Positions 46,000 through 56,862 of a DNA stretch of 64,000 nt are shown here, one piece after another. Source of the DNA: a bacterium. Its GTDB lineage: Bacteria; Patescibacteriota; Gracilibacteria; UBA4473. Below the pieces are notes generated by a model, which saw only the letters and a list, made by a program, of their open reading frames with translations, was not told the DNA's origin and did not search any database. The DNA lies in the NCBI GenBank assembly GCA_018648585.1, contig JABGQW010000014.1, positions 4,782-68,781 on the forward strand, given 5' to 3'. The translations under genes and the position numbers were made by a program. The stretch's first letter is position 1; each line of letters starts with the position of its first letter.

Positions 46000-46974
46000 T
46001 CAGTACAAATATTTCCGTTTGTTGGCGTTGTGGTCGTCGAGCGTGCGACCGAAATGAACTTGTCCGGTGTTGTCGTGCAAATAATAATAAAATTCTGTGT
46101 CGAGCGGATGCACCGCTGCGTCGATCGATTCGAGCCCCGGATTGGAAATCGCCGTCGGCGGCAATCCCAATTTCCGTCGCGTGTTGTACGGCGAATCGGA
46201 TTGAAAATCTTCGGTGTACAACGGCCGTTTCCAGTCGCCAATTTCGTAGCGCGTGGTCGCGTCGATCCCGAGATGAATTTTTTCGTCGAGTCGCTTCCAA
46301 ATCACATCCGAGATCATCTGTTTTTCGGTGAAACTGTCGCCGTGCGCTTCTCGTTCGATCATCGACGCCACGATCACAATTTCATTCAGAGTTCTTCCTG
46401 ATTCGGAAACGTCGCGCCGCAAATCATCGATCTGCGCGAGAAAAGTATCGTACAATCTTTGAATAAAATTTTTGTTCGAAAAACTGTTCGGATTCACAAA
46501 ATACGTACTCGGAAACAAAAATCCCTCGAGCGACGAAATGCGAAAACCCAGATCACAAAAATTCGCACAATCGAGAAAATCACCCGGATCAATCAGTGAT
46601 TTTTTTGATAAAATTTCGTCGATCTGCGCAATCGTGCTGCCCTCCGGAATCGTCACCCGCAGCTCCGAACCTTTTCCTGTTTGCAAAATTTCTGCCACTT
46701 CGGCAAACGTCAAATTCCGCGTGATCACGTACTCGCCGGCCTGTAATTTTGCCGCTAATTTATTTTTTTTTGCCCAAATTTTGAAACTCCACGCATCGCG
46801 CACGAGTTCTCTTTCTTCCAAAATTTCTGAGATTTTGGCAAGCGACATCCCGCGCGAAATCGTGACAGAAACCCGCGCCGTTGAATCCGAATTTGGCAGT
46901 GTCCAGGACAAATGGAGCCGCGCGCCCGCGTACACCAGCGCGATTAACGCCACAACGAGGAGAAACTTTTTCAT
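46000..46974 (-). CDS. mltG: Endolytic transglycosylase MltG
   Basis: LQAGEY, VTIPEG, LEGFLFPSTY, ASMIERE, SPYNT...GLPPTAISNPG. Confidence 0.96.
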   Translation of the reverse strand: MKKFLLVVALIALVYAGARLHLSWTLPNSDSTARVSVTISRGMSLAKISEILEERELVRDAWSFKIWAKKNKLAAKLQAGEYVITRNLTFAEVAEILQTGKGSELRVTIPEGSTIAQIDEILSKKSLIDPGDFLDCANFCDLGFRISSLEGFLFPSTYFVNPNSFSNKNFIQRLYDTFLAQIDDLRRDVSESGRTLNEIVIVASMIEREAHGDSFTEKQMISDVIWKRLDEKIHLGIDATTRYEIGDWKRPLYTEDFQSDSPYNTRRKLGLPPTAISNPGLESIDAAVHPLDTEFYYYLHDNTGQVHFGRTLDDHNANKRKYLY

Positions 46975-46986
46975 TTTGAAGAAAAT

Positions 46987-47289
46987 TTATTGCGGCCCTC
47001 CGAGACCGGGAAATCCACCCATCACTGATTTCATTTTTTCTGCGGAAACCTGTTGTGCTTTTTTTGTCGCACGATTCGTCGCGTCGAGAATCGATCGCTC
47101 CAGCTTTTTTTTGTCGGACAAAATCGCGTCATCCAAAATTTCAACAGAAATCATTTCCTGTTCGCCAGAAACTGTAACTTTTACGCCGTCGGATTCGGCA
47201 AAAACATAAATTTTTGCGAGTTCTTTTTTAATTTTTTTCGCTTCTTTTTGAAGTTTGTACATGTCACCGAGTTGCCCCAACATTCCCAT
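46987..47289 (-). CDS. YbaB/EbfC family nucleoid-associated protein
   Basis: LQKEAKKIKKEL...GVKVTVSGEQEMISVEI...LERSILDATNRA...MGG. Confidence 0.92.
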   Translation of the reverse strand: MGMLGQLGDMYKLQKEAKKIKKELAKIYVFAESDGVKVTVSGEQEMISVEILDDAILSDKKKLERSILDATNRATKKAQQVSAEKMKSVMGGFPGLGGPQ

Positions 47290-47442
47290 TTTTTTGAAAG
47301 TTAAAAATCTTTTGAAGTGTACCGAAAAAAAAATTTTTGCCAAAAAATTATAAAATTCGCGTCACCAATTTGCATTTTAAAAAAAACATTGGTACAATGT
47401 CCCGATTTCTTAAATTTTTAAAAAATGAAAAAATCAAAAATA

Positions 47443-47607
47443 ATGGCGTCAAAAGAGTCGATGTTGCTGTCGAAAGAAATTTTCAAAAATCGTTCGACGC
47501 AAGTGGTGACGAGCATTCTGTTGGTTGTTGTGTTGGGAATTCAGGTGTACCTGTTTTTGACTGTCAATCAAATTATGCAGGAAGCACTCGCCGCCAACAT
47601 GTTTTAA
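47443..47607 (+). CDS. Small single-pass membrane protein
   Basis: MASKESMLLSKEIFKNRSTQVVTSILLVVVLGIQVYLFLTVNQ; TGgTACAAT promoter upstream. Confidence 0.6.
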   Translation: MASKESMLLSKEIFKNRSTQVVTSILLVVVLGIQVYLFLTVNQIMQEALAANMF

Positions 47608-47624
47608 TTTTGAAAATTTTAAAA

Positions 47625-47771
47625 ATGAAATCGACAAATTCTCGTACAAATCGAGAGCGTGATGAACTCTTGGTACATTTGGATCGAATCCGAAAAACTC
47701 AATTTTTGTTGCTCGGCGCGGTAATTGTGCTGATGGGAGTTCAAATAATTTCGCTCCTCTGTCTGAACTAA
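47625..47771 (+). CDS. Small single-pass membrane protein, similar to the upstream ORF
   Basis: MKSTNSRTNRERDELLVHLDRIRKTQFLLLGAVIVLMGVQIISLLCLN. Confidence 0.55.
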   Translation: MKSTNSRTNRERDELLVHLDRIRKTQFLLLGAVIVLMGVQIISLLCLN

Positions 47772-47897
47772 AAATGTATTCATCTTTTTAAGATTTAAAA
47801 ATCTCGTTTTGTGGGAAGCGAGATTTTTTTGTGAAAAAAAGGAGGAAAGGTTTGAACTTCTGTGAAAATTTTACTAGAATTCTGCCGAATTTTTTGA

Positions 47898-50230
<2,333 letters not shown>

Positions 50231-50233
50231 TTT

Positions 50234-50683
50234 TCAGTTAAAAAAATAGCCAAACTTTTCGCGTTCACTCTCAATAATTTCTTTTGTCATTCCCAATAAT
50301 TTTTTCAAAACGAAGAATCGATCTGACAAAATTTTAAACATTTCCAAATCCATGTTTTCATTTTCTGGATTTCGCAAAAAACCAAGATCGATCAATTTCA
50401 CAGTTTTTTCCGCATCATCCACTTTTTGGATCTCAACCTGAATTTGCAACAAATTTAATAAATTTTCCTGATTTCCGGCCGTCTCACTCCCACCAAAAAA
50501 AATATCCGACATCTTGGATTTTACCTCCAAAAGCACCACGAATTTTTCTGCTGCAATCCGATCTATCGAGTATTTTTCACTGCGTCTTTTTTCAAAATGA
50601 TCCCCAACTCTGGAAACCCGTGGCCCCAAATCAGCAGAATCGCCTATTTTCTTCTCCCAATACAAATCTTGTTTCTTTGACAT
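50234..50683 (-). CDS. Hypothetical orphan protein
   Basis: 149 aa ORF, AT-rich, TTGACT box upstream. Confidence 0.65.
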   Translation of the reverse strand: MSKKQDLYWEKKIGDSADLGPRVSRVGDHFEKRRSEKYSIDRIAAEKFVVLLEVKSKMSDIFFGGSETAGNQENLLNLLQIQVEIQKVDDAEKTVKLIDLGFLRNPENENMDLEMFKILSDRFFVLKKLLGMTKEIIESEREKFGYFFN

Positions 50684-50721
50684 TTACACAAAAAATACAT
50701 AATTACCGAGAAAAGTCAATT

Positions 50722-51582
50722 TTAGTCCACATCAAAAATCTGGCGCAACGCCCAGTCGACCAGTCGAAATTTTATTTTCCGAACGCCAGAAAAATCACGC
50801 TGCACAAACGAAATCATCGTCTGCCCCGCTACTTCGCGAATTCGCAAATTTTCTTCAAAAATCCCCCGCAACGCTGGATCAAACTGAAATTTTATTTTTT
50901 TCTCGTCACAAAATGAAATCAAATTTAACGTGTGCTCAAACGCGTCACACTGCACGATCGCGGAAATTTTTTCGTCCGCGCAGACTTTTTCGAGTTTGTC
51001 GAGTTTTCCTAAAATTTGAGTTCCAGAAAAATTTTTTGCCAATCCGTACGGATCGATCACGCCGACAATTTTGTACGGAGCAAACCGATCATTTTGAATT
51101 TTGGAAACAAGTTTTTCCGCGACACGATTGGCTCCGATGATCAAAGTTTTGTACACATTTTTTGATCGCTTTTTTTGGCGGGATAAAATTTCTCGAAAAA
51201 TAATCCGGGAAAACCACAGCCACAGATTTGCGAAAACAAAAATGTACACGCCGATCAATCGAGAAAACAAAATTTCTCGCGGAAAAAAATACGACACGAT
51301 GAGAAATCCCACCGCCACCACGCCTCCCGTCAGCGCGAGCGCGTCCTCAAACCACGCCCGAAATCCGGAACGCGGCGGAAGTCGATAATATTTTGTGAAA
51401 ACGAGAAACCCGATCCACACCGCCGTCCCGGCGAGCGCGAGCAGCGCAAATGTCAGAAACGGGAAATCCGTGGAAAAAATCCAGCCCACGCGCACAAAAT
51501 ACGCGATCAAAAACGCCGCGTACACGCCGAGCGCGTCGAGCAAAATTTGGAACAATCGCCACCAGATCCACTGCCGAAACAT
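50722..51582 (-). CDS. N-terminal (4 transmembrane + Rossmann-like) half of a WcaJ/WbaP-type phosphoglycosyl transferase, lacking the catalytic domain
   Basis: LLDAL...AFLIAYFVR, FSRL, TLIIGA, YKIVGVID, ILGKLDKL; ends at LRQIFD where KRxFD and the catalytic domain normally begin. Confidence 0.8.
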   Translation of the reverse strand: MFRQWIWWRLFQILLDALGVYAAFLIAYFVRVGWIFSTDFPFLTFALLALAGTAVWIGFLVFTKYYRLPPRSGFRAWFEDALALTGGVVAVGFLIVSYFFPREILFSRLIGVYIFVFANLWLWFSRIIFREILSRQKKRSKNVYKTLIIGANRVAEKLVSKIQNDRFAPYKIVGVIDPYGLAKNFSGTQILGKLDKLEKVCADEKISAIVQCDAFEHTLNLISFCDEKKIKFQFDPALRGIFEENLRIREVAGQTMISFVQRDFSGVRKIKFRLVDWALRQIFDVD

Positions 51583-51627
51583 CGCCGGAAGTGTACCAGA
51601 TTTTTTGGAAAAACAAATTCTTGAAAA

Positions 51628-52269
51628 TTACAAACTCAAACTGCAACCAGTCCCCCCCACCGACTCAAAAGTGTTGTCCGCAGAACAAATTATTTTACAA
51701 GTCCACGCGGGATCTGCAGCTCCATCACTCGGACGGATTAAAAATTCTCCCGTTAAATATCCTGATTTTTTCCAATAAACACCAACATTCACCGCTGCAT
51801 CATCTTCATTGTACAAAATTGCCGCATCGATTCCGTCCAGAGTTCCCTCCACAAATATTGCCGCCGCCGCAGGCAGAACGTCACCGTCCGAATAATCTAT
51901 CAATTCCGCCCCCGTCGCACTCAAACTTTCTGCATTTGCCGCCACAAAAAAATCTTCGTCAGAAAAACAATAAAAATACCCGAATCCTAATTTTCGCTCC
52001 GGCAACGAAAAATCATGGTCGGAAAAAAGCGTCGTAAAATCTGAATAATTGTACGGATTACTCGTTTTCCCCGCAGAATCGATTTTCACCATTTGCGCGA
52101 TTGCCTCGATCGCGTTCAATTTTGCCACGTCGCGCGCCTCGGTGATCGCCCCACGAAACGAACTCACTCCGATCGTCGAAAGAATTCCGATGATGACGAT
52201 CACCACCAGCAGCTCGATCAGAGTGAATCCGCGTTTTTTTTTCGCGAAAAATTTGCATTTTATTTTCAC
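51628..52269 (-). CDS. Type IV pilin / type II secretion pseudopilin-like protein
   Basis: Prepilin cleavage site KKRG/FTLIELLVVIVIIGILST; GTG start 6 nt after TACAAT; C-terminal Cys. Confidence 0.9.
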   Translation of the reverse strand: MKIKCKFFAKKKRGFTLIELLVVIVIIGILSTIGVSSFRGAITEARDVAKLNAIEAIAQMVKIDSAGKTSNPYNYSDFTTLFSDHDFSLPERKLGFGYFYCFSDEDFFVAANAESLSATGAELIDYSDGDVLPAAAAIFVEGTLDGIDAAILYNEDDAAVNVGVYWKKSGYLTGEFLIRPSDGAADPAWTCKIICSADNTFESVGGTGCSLSL

Positions 52270-52331
52270 GGAGAAATTGTAAAACAGAATCACCGATCAG
52301 ACAACATCTCCCCACTCGCCTCAAGTTAAAA

Positions 52332-52655
52332 AAACCGAACCCGGGTTCTAGAACCCGGGTTCAAAACTCTCCCCTCTCGCCCCCCTCATCGAGGGGGGAA
52401 ATCCCGCGCCTGCGGGATGGGGAAAAACCGGTGTCAAAAAAAGCCCCCCCCCGCTGCTCACACCCCCAATCCAATCCCGGGCTCTGTTCACCGCTCAATC
52501 CGCAGAGCCCAAACTCAATTCTTAAACCGAACCCGGGTTCTAGAACCCGGGTTCAAATTCAAAAAAATTCAAAAAAATCGAAAAGCCCCCCGCTGCTCAC
52601 ACCCCCAACCCAATCCCGGGCTCTGTTCGCCGCTCAATCCGCAGAGCCCGGGATT
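52332..52655. repeat. Composite duplicated palindrome array (P-REP-Q-P-Q)
   Basis: Identical 34-bp P copies at 52332-52365 and 52524-52557 containing the perfect palindrome GAACCCGGGTTCTAGAACCCGGGTTC; ~70-bp Q copies at 52439-52510 and 52581-52655. Confidence 0.92.
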
Positions 52656-52676
52656 CATTCACAAATCCCAACCAAC

Positions 52677-52704
52677 AAAAAAACCGCCCCGAAGGGCGGC
52701 TTTT
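52677..52704 (-). terminator. Rho-independent terminator after the upstream pilin gene
   Basis: Minus strand CCGCCC-TTCG-GGGCGG followed by TTTTTTT. Confidence 0.85.
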
Positions 52705-52730
52705 ATATTTTCAATATTTCAAAACTAAAA

Positions 52731-53249
52731 CTAGTTAATTTTTCCTCCCGTATAAACAGCCAATGTTCCAGCCACATTTCGCGCATCAAACGTGCCCGCA
52801 GTTGATTCCGAAATGACAGCATGCGTCGTTTCTTCTATACAAGAGGTAGAAATCATCGTCTCAACCAACGCCACTGCATCTGGTGTTCCTGAAACAAATC
52901 CTCCATCGGAAGCATCATTACACATAACTACGTAAAATTCAGTAGCATCAGATGTCAAATAACCAAAATAAACATCTGTATTTCTCGTTAAAGAAGGCAT
53001 TTCATAATCGTTCGCCGCAATCATCGCCTGCAGATCAGCATCCGCAAAATCATACGGAGTAAGTTCTTCGTCCGCACTATCCACTTTTATCATCAACGCA
53101 ATGTTATCAACCGCACTTTGACGGATTGCGTCCCGCGCATCTCCAAAATATCCACGGAACGTCGCCGTTGAAATCGTCGCGAGGATCCCGATGATCACGA
53201 TCACCACGAGCAGCTCGATCAGGGTGAAACCGAAATTTTTCTTTTGCAT
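52731..53249 (-). CDS. Type IV pilin-like protein
   Basis: MQKKNFG/FTLIELLVVIVIIGILATI; paralog of 51628..52269. Confidence 0.92.
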   Translation of the reverse strand: MQKKNFGFTLIELLVVIVIIGILATISTATFRGYFGDARDAIRQSAVDNIALMIKVDSADEELTPYDFADADLQAMIAANDYEMPSLTRNTDVYFGYLTSDATEFYVVMCNDASDGGFVSGTPDAVALVETMISTSCIEETTHAVISESTAGTFDARNVAGTLAVYTGGKIN

Positions 53250-53388
53250 TTGTTTTTGTGTTAAAAAATGAAAAGTTGTTTCTTCATTCGAGACTTTAAT
53301 TTGCTCCCCCCGAGAAAACAACTTTTTTGTTCAAAAAAAGGTAGCATTTCTCACAATTTTGTGTCGTTGCAGTATTTTTACAAAAACA

Positions 53389-53432
53389 GAGCCCGGACTT
53401 TATCCGCTGCTCACTCCGCCAAGTCCGGGCTC
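53389..53432. repeat. Q-related hairpin overlapping the purC stop codon
   Basis: 12-bp stem GAGCCCGGACTT/AAGTCCGGGCTC; loop contains CCGCTGCTCAC, as in the Q repeats. Confidence 0.8.
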
Positions 53433-54409
53433 GAAAAACGATCCAAAACTCCCTCGATTCGCACCGTCGCGTCGAGGTTTTCTGGGAATTGAAATTTTTC
53501 TCCCGTGACACGTTCAAAAAGCTCGATGTACCGCGCGCTCGCCTCCGCCCGAAGTTCGTCGTCAAGAAATTTTCCCGGATCAGCGTCCGCGTCGTCCACG
53601 TCGTACCCACGATCCACGATCGCCGATCGAACAAATTCTTTGCTCAACGCTTCCGGCTCCTGGCCTACGTTAAAACGCGCGTCGTACGAATCCGCGATCC
53701 AAAATCGAGAACTGTCGGGCGTGTGCACTTCGTCGATCACGATCAAATTTCCGTCCGCGTCGATTCCCATTTCGTATTTTGTGTCGACGAGAATCAGTCC
53801 CCGCTCGGCGGCAATTTCCTGCCCGCGGGCGAACATTTTCAGCGCGTATTTTTCACATTTTTCCCAGATTTCCGGCGCGATTATTTTTTGAGATAAAATT
53901 TCTTCACGAGAAATCGATTCGTCGTGCGCCCCGGGTTCGGTCGGCTTGGTCGTCGGAGTCACGATCGGAGCTGTAAATTTCTGATTTTTCTTCATTCCCG
54001 CGGGCATCGTCAATCCGCAAATTTCACGATTTAAATGCTGGTACGCGTACCAACTCGAAGTTTTTGTCGTGCCCGTCAAATACCCGCGAACGATAATTTC
54101 GATCGGGAGAACTCGCGCATTTTTTGTGAGCGAAATGTTTGGATCCGGCGTTGAAATCAGGTGATGCGGAATCAATCCGTCCATTTTTCGAAACCACCAC
54201 GCCGCGATTTGATTCAAAACTTGACCTTTGAACGGAACCGTTCCGAGAATAAAATCGAACGCAGAAATCCGGTCGGTGACGACGATCGCGCGAGTATTTT
54301 CATCGAAAACGAAACTTTCGCGAACTTTTCCAGAATGATGCGAAACCGCCCCAGAAAAAGAAATTTTGTCGACCGTCGAACCCAGTGCCAGTTTGATTTT
54401 TTCGTTCAT
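53411..54409 (-). CDS. purC: SAICAR synthetase
   Basis: SGKVRE, TDRISAFD, PFKGQVLNQ, IEIIVRGY, ILVDTKYE, IDEVHTPDSSRFW. Confidence 0.96.
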   Translation of the reverse strand: MNEKIKLALGSTVDKISFSGAVSHHSGKVRESFVFDENTRAIVVTDRISAFDFILGTVPFKGQVLNQIAAWWFRKMDGLIPHHLISTPDPNISLTKNARVLPIEIIVRGYLTGTTKTSSWYAYQHLNREICGLTMPAGMKKNQKFTAPIVTPTTKPTEPGAHDESISREEILSQKIIAPEIWEKCEKYALKMFARGQEIAAERGLILVDTKYEMGIDADGNLIVIDEVHTPDSSRFWIADSYDARFNVGQEPEALSKEFVRSAIVDRGYDVDDADADPGKFLDDELRAEASARYIELFERVTGEKFQFPENLDATVRIEGVLDRFSSPDLAE

Positions 54410-54505
54410 CGTTTCAAAAAGTTTTCAAAAAATATGCGCCGATATTTTGACACAAAAAAAGAAACAAGACAATCCAGCTCCTCATTTTTTTGGAAACGCT
54501 CGATT

Positions 54506-54715
54506 TCAATTTTGCTGCCAAAAATTAAGTTCTGGCGTTTTCCCTTTTGGAATTTGTGCTGCTCGAATTTCCTCAATTCGTGATCGAACTTCTTCCGTCT
54601 TTCTTTCGACCGATTCATCCGGCTCCACCAGATTCTGTAAAAAAGCTGGCAGTCCAAATTTATTTATAATTTCCTTGGCCGACATTCCCTCAAACTCCGA
54701 ATTATCTGCACTCAT
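54506..54715 (-). CDS. Small orphan protein
   Basis: 69 aa acidic ORF with TTGACA upstream. Confidence 0.5.
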   Translation of the reverse strand: MSADNSEFEGMSAKEIINKFGLPAFLQNLVEPDESVERKTEEVRSRIEEIRAAQIPKGKTPELNFWQQN

Positions 54716-54763
54716 TTTTAGAAAAAATTATTTTCATTTAATATTTTTAGGTTTTTTTATTTT

Positions 54764-54799
54764 TTGTCAATTTTTTTTGTTCGTGCTAATCTTCTCTCG
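54764..54799 (+). promoter_or_regulatory. Sigma70-type promoter abutting the trmD start (leaderless type)
   Basis: TTGTCA(54764-69), 17 nt, TGcTAATCT (-10 at 54787-92), 7 nt, ATG at 54800. Confidence 0.7.
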
Positions 54800-55471
54800 A
54801 TGATTTTCGACATTTTGACAATTTTCCCGGAAGCGTTTGAAAGTTTTTTGAAATCTTCAATCATCGGTCGCGCAATCACTGCAGGAAAAATAAAAGTTCG
54901 ACTGCACGACATTCGAGAATTTTCAACGGACAAACACAAAAAAGTCGATGACGTTCCGTTCGGTGGTGGCGCCGGAATGTTGATGATGTGCCAGCCACTT
55001 TTTGACGCGATCGAGCACGTAAAAAAATTGGAAAAAGACGACGCTCCCGTAATTTTTATGACGCCATCGAACAAGAATTTTGATCAAAAAATGGCAGAAC
55101 GATTTTCTGAACAAAAAAAATATTCACGAGTAATTTTATTGTGCGGAAATTATGAAGGAATTGACCAGCGCGTACGCGACGCACTCGTGGACGAGGAGAT
55201 TTCGGTGGGAAATTTTGTTTTGACTGGCGGCGAACTTCCGGCACAAATTTTTATTGACGCGGTGGCGCGACTGCTCCCCGGCGTGATCGGAAAAGAAGAA
55301 AGCCACCAGGAAGAAAGTTTTAGCGAAAAACTCGGGCGCAAAAACCTCGAATATCCGCAGTACACGCGGCCTGCGAAATTTCGAGAAATGGAAGTTCCCG
55401 AAGTTCTCATTTCTGGCCACCACGCAAACATCGAATTGTGGCGAACACAAAACTGCAAAAAACAAGACTGA
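54800..55471 (+). CDS. trmD: tRNA (guanine37-N1)-methyltransferase
   Basis: FDILTIFPE, VDDVPFGGGAGM, CGNYEGIDQRV, SVGNFVLTGGELPA, LEYPQYTRP. Confidence 0.97.
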   Translation: MIFDILTIFPEAFESFLKSSIIGRAITAGKIKVRLHDIREFSTDKHKKVDDVPFGGGAGMLMMCQPLFDAIEHVKKLEKDDAPVIFMTPSNKNFDQKMAERFSEQKKYSRVILLCGNYEGIDQRVRDALVDEEISVGNFVLTGGELPAQIFIDAVARLLPGVIGKEESHQEESFSEKLGRKNLEYPQYTRPAKFREMEVPEVLISGHHANIELWRTQNCKKQD

Positions 55472-55529
55472 GACTTGAATTTCCTAAAATTCTGTGGTAC
55501 AATTTCTTGAAATATTTTTTGAAAATCAA

Positions 55530-56252
55530 ATGAATCAGCCAAAACCTCTCGGTCTCTCACAAATTTTTATGCGGTTTTTCACCGGACTGGGTGCCGGATT
55601 CACCGGAAGTATCGTCCTGGGAATCGTGTTATTTTTGACCTGGGGAATCGTCGGAAACACGCTTTCCGCAACGCCAACGATGCCCGACGATCTCGGACTT
55701 TCAATCGCTCCAAATTCAACACATCCGTTGTTTTTATTCTTCGTTATTTTGGGCGTTTTTCTGAGCATTTTAATTGCAAATCTCGCCAACGTATTATTGA
55801 TCGGAATCGTGGACGAAAAATATCAGCATCGATCAACACTGCTCAGCCACACATTTTTTGGAAATCTGGCACTTTTGCTTTTGATCATTCCGGTGTATTT
55901 TGCGGTCGCCAAAACCTGGGGACCAGAATCCGCGGGATTTGCCGCACTTTTCCACGTGATTATTTCTTCGCTGTTTTCATTTTTTGTACTAGAAGTTTTG
56001 AATGAAAAAAAATATCTGATCGTCAACGTGTACGGCGCGATCATCGGCTTGATTTTATTTGCACTCGCCGGACTCCTCCTTTCGGTCAACACGGCGATGC
56101 TCGCATTTTTGGCGTTGCCGATGTTGCTTGGATTTTTTGCTGCGGGAAACGGAATCGCGCAATCAATTTACGCGTGGATTTACACGACGTACGGCAGCGA
56201 CTTGCTCAATTCCGATACTCGTTTTGGAGAAGACTACGGAAAAGAAGAATAA
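55530..56252 (+). CDS. Hypothetical polytopic membrane protein
   Basis: About 6-7 hydrophobic helices, native codon usage. Confidence 0.8.
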   Translation: MNQPKPLGLSQIFMRFFTGLGAGFTGSIVLGIVLFLTWGIVGNTLSATPTMPDDLGLSIAPNSTHPLFLFFVILGVFLSILIANLANVLLIGIVDEKYQHRSTLLSHTFFGNLALLLLIIPVYFAVAKTWGPESAGFAALFHVIISSLFSFFVLEVLNEKKYLIVNVYGAIIGLILFALAGLLLSVNTAMLAFLALPMLLGFFAAGNGIAQSIYAWIYTTYGSDLLNSDTRFGEDYGKEE

Positions 56253-56307
56253 AAAAAACACTCGCCCCGTGGGAAAGTGCTTTTTAATTTGAAACGTGTT
56301 TTTAAAA

Positions 56308-56673
56308 TTACTGTTCCACTGTTTCTGGAACTTCCTGCACTGGTTTTTCCGCCGGCGGCGTTTGCACCGAAGCAGCCTGCTGCTGCGCTTGTTGAATTTG
56401 TTCTGCTGTACACGCCGGATTCACAAGAGTGATGTCCAATCGATCGGCGCCCCGTCCAGAAAAAAGCTGCACTGGCTGACACTGCCGTCCCAGCGAAATA
56501 ATTTGTGTAATCGCACTGTCCTGACCGCGCTGCACGCCACTCGCGTATAAATTATTCACTGAATAATTCCAGAGCGCTCGACCAACAAAAAGAATGGAGA
56601 AAACGAGCCAAACGATCAAAATAATAAAACCGATCGACCACGTTTTGCGCTGAAAAGGGTTGTTCATTTTCAT
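56308..56673 (-). CDS. Hypothetical membrane-anchored protein with a Cys pair
   Basis: N-terminal transmembrane helix; QCQPVQL...LVNPAC. Confidence 0.72.
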   Translation of the reverse strand: MKMNNPFQRKTWSIGFIILIVWLVFSILFVGRALWNYSVNNLYASGVQRGQDSAITQIISLGRQCQPVQLFSGRGADRLDITLVNPACTAEQIQQAQQQAASVQTPPAEKPVQEVPETVEQ

Positions 56674-56862
56674 GAAAAAAAAGGTTACAAAAGAAACACA
56701 AAAAGAACTGTAATTCGTTTTTTCTGAAGTTTCAAATTTTTTCGATTGAAATTTTTCAAAAAAAAGTCGAAAAAAAAGTTGCTCCCCCCCTCAAAAGCTT
56801 TAAAATCCCCGTGAGTTTCGTTCTAAACCTTTCTCTTTCAATTTTTTAACTCTCTTGAAATC

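Noticed and set aside
52332-52655. Possible CRISPR array
   Set aside because: Only two copies of each unit, irregular spacing, the intervening sequences are themselves repeats, and there are no cas genes
53398-53415. Resemblance of GTGAGCAGCGGATAA to the lac operator
   Set aside because: Only a partial match, lacking operator symmetry; better explained as part of the Q-type hairpin
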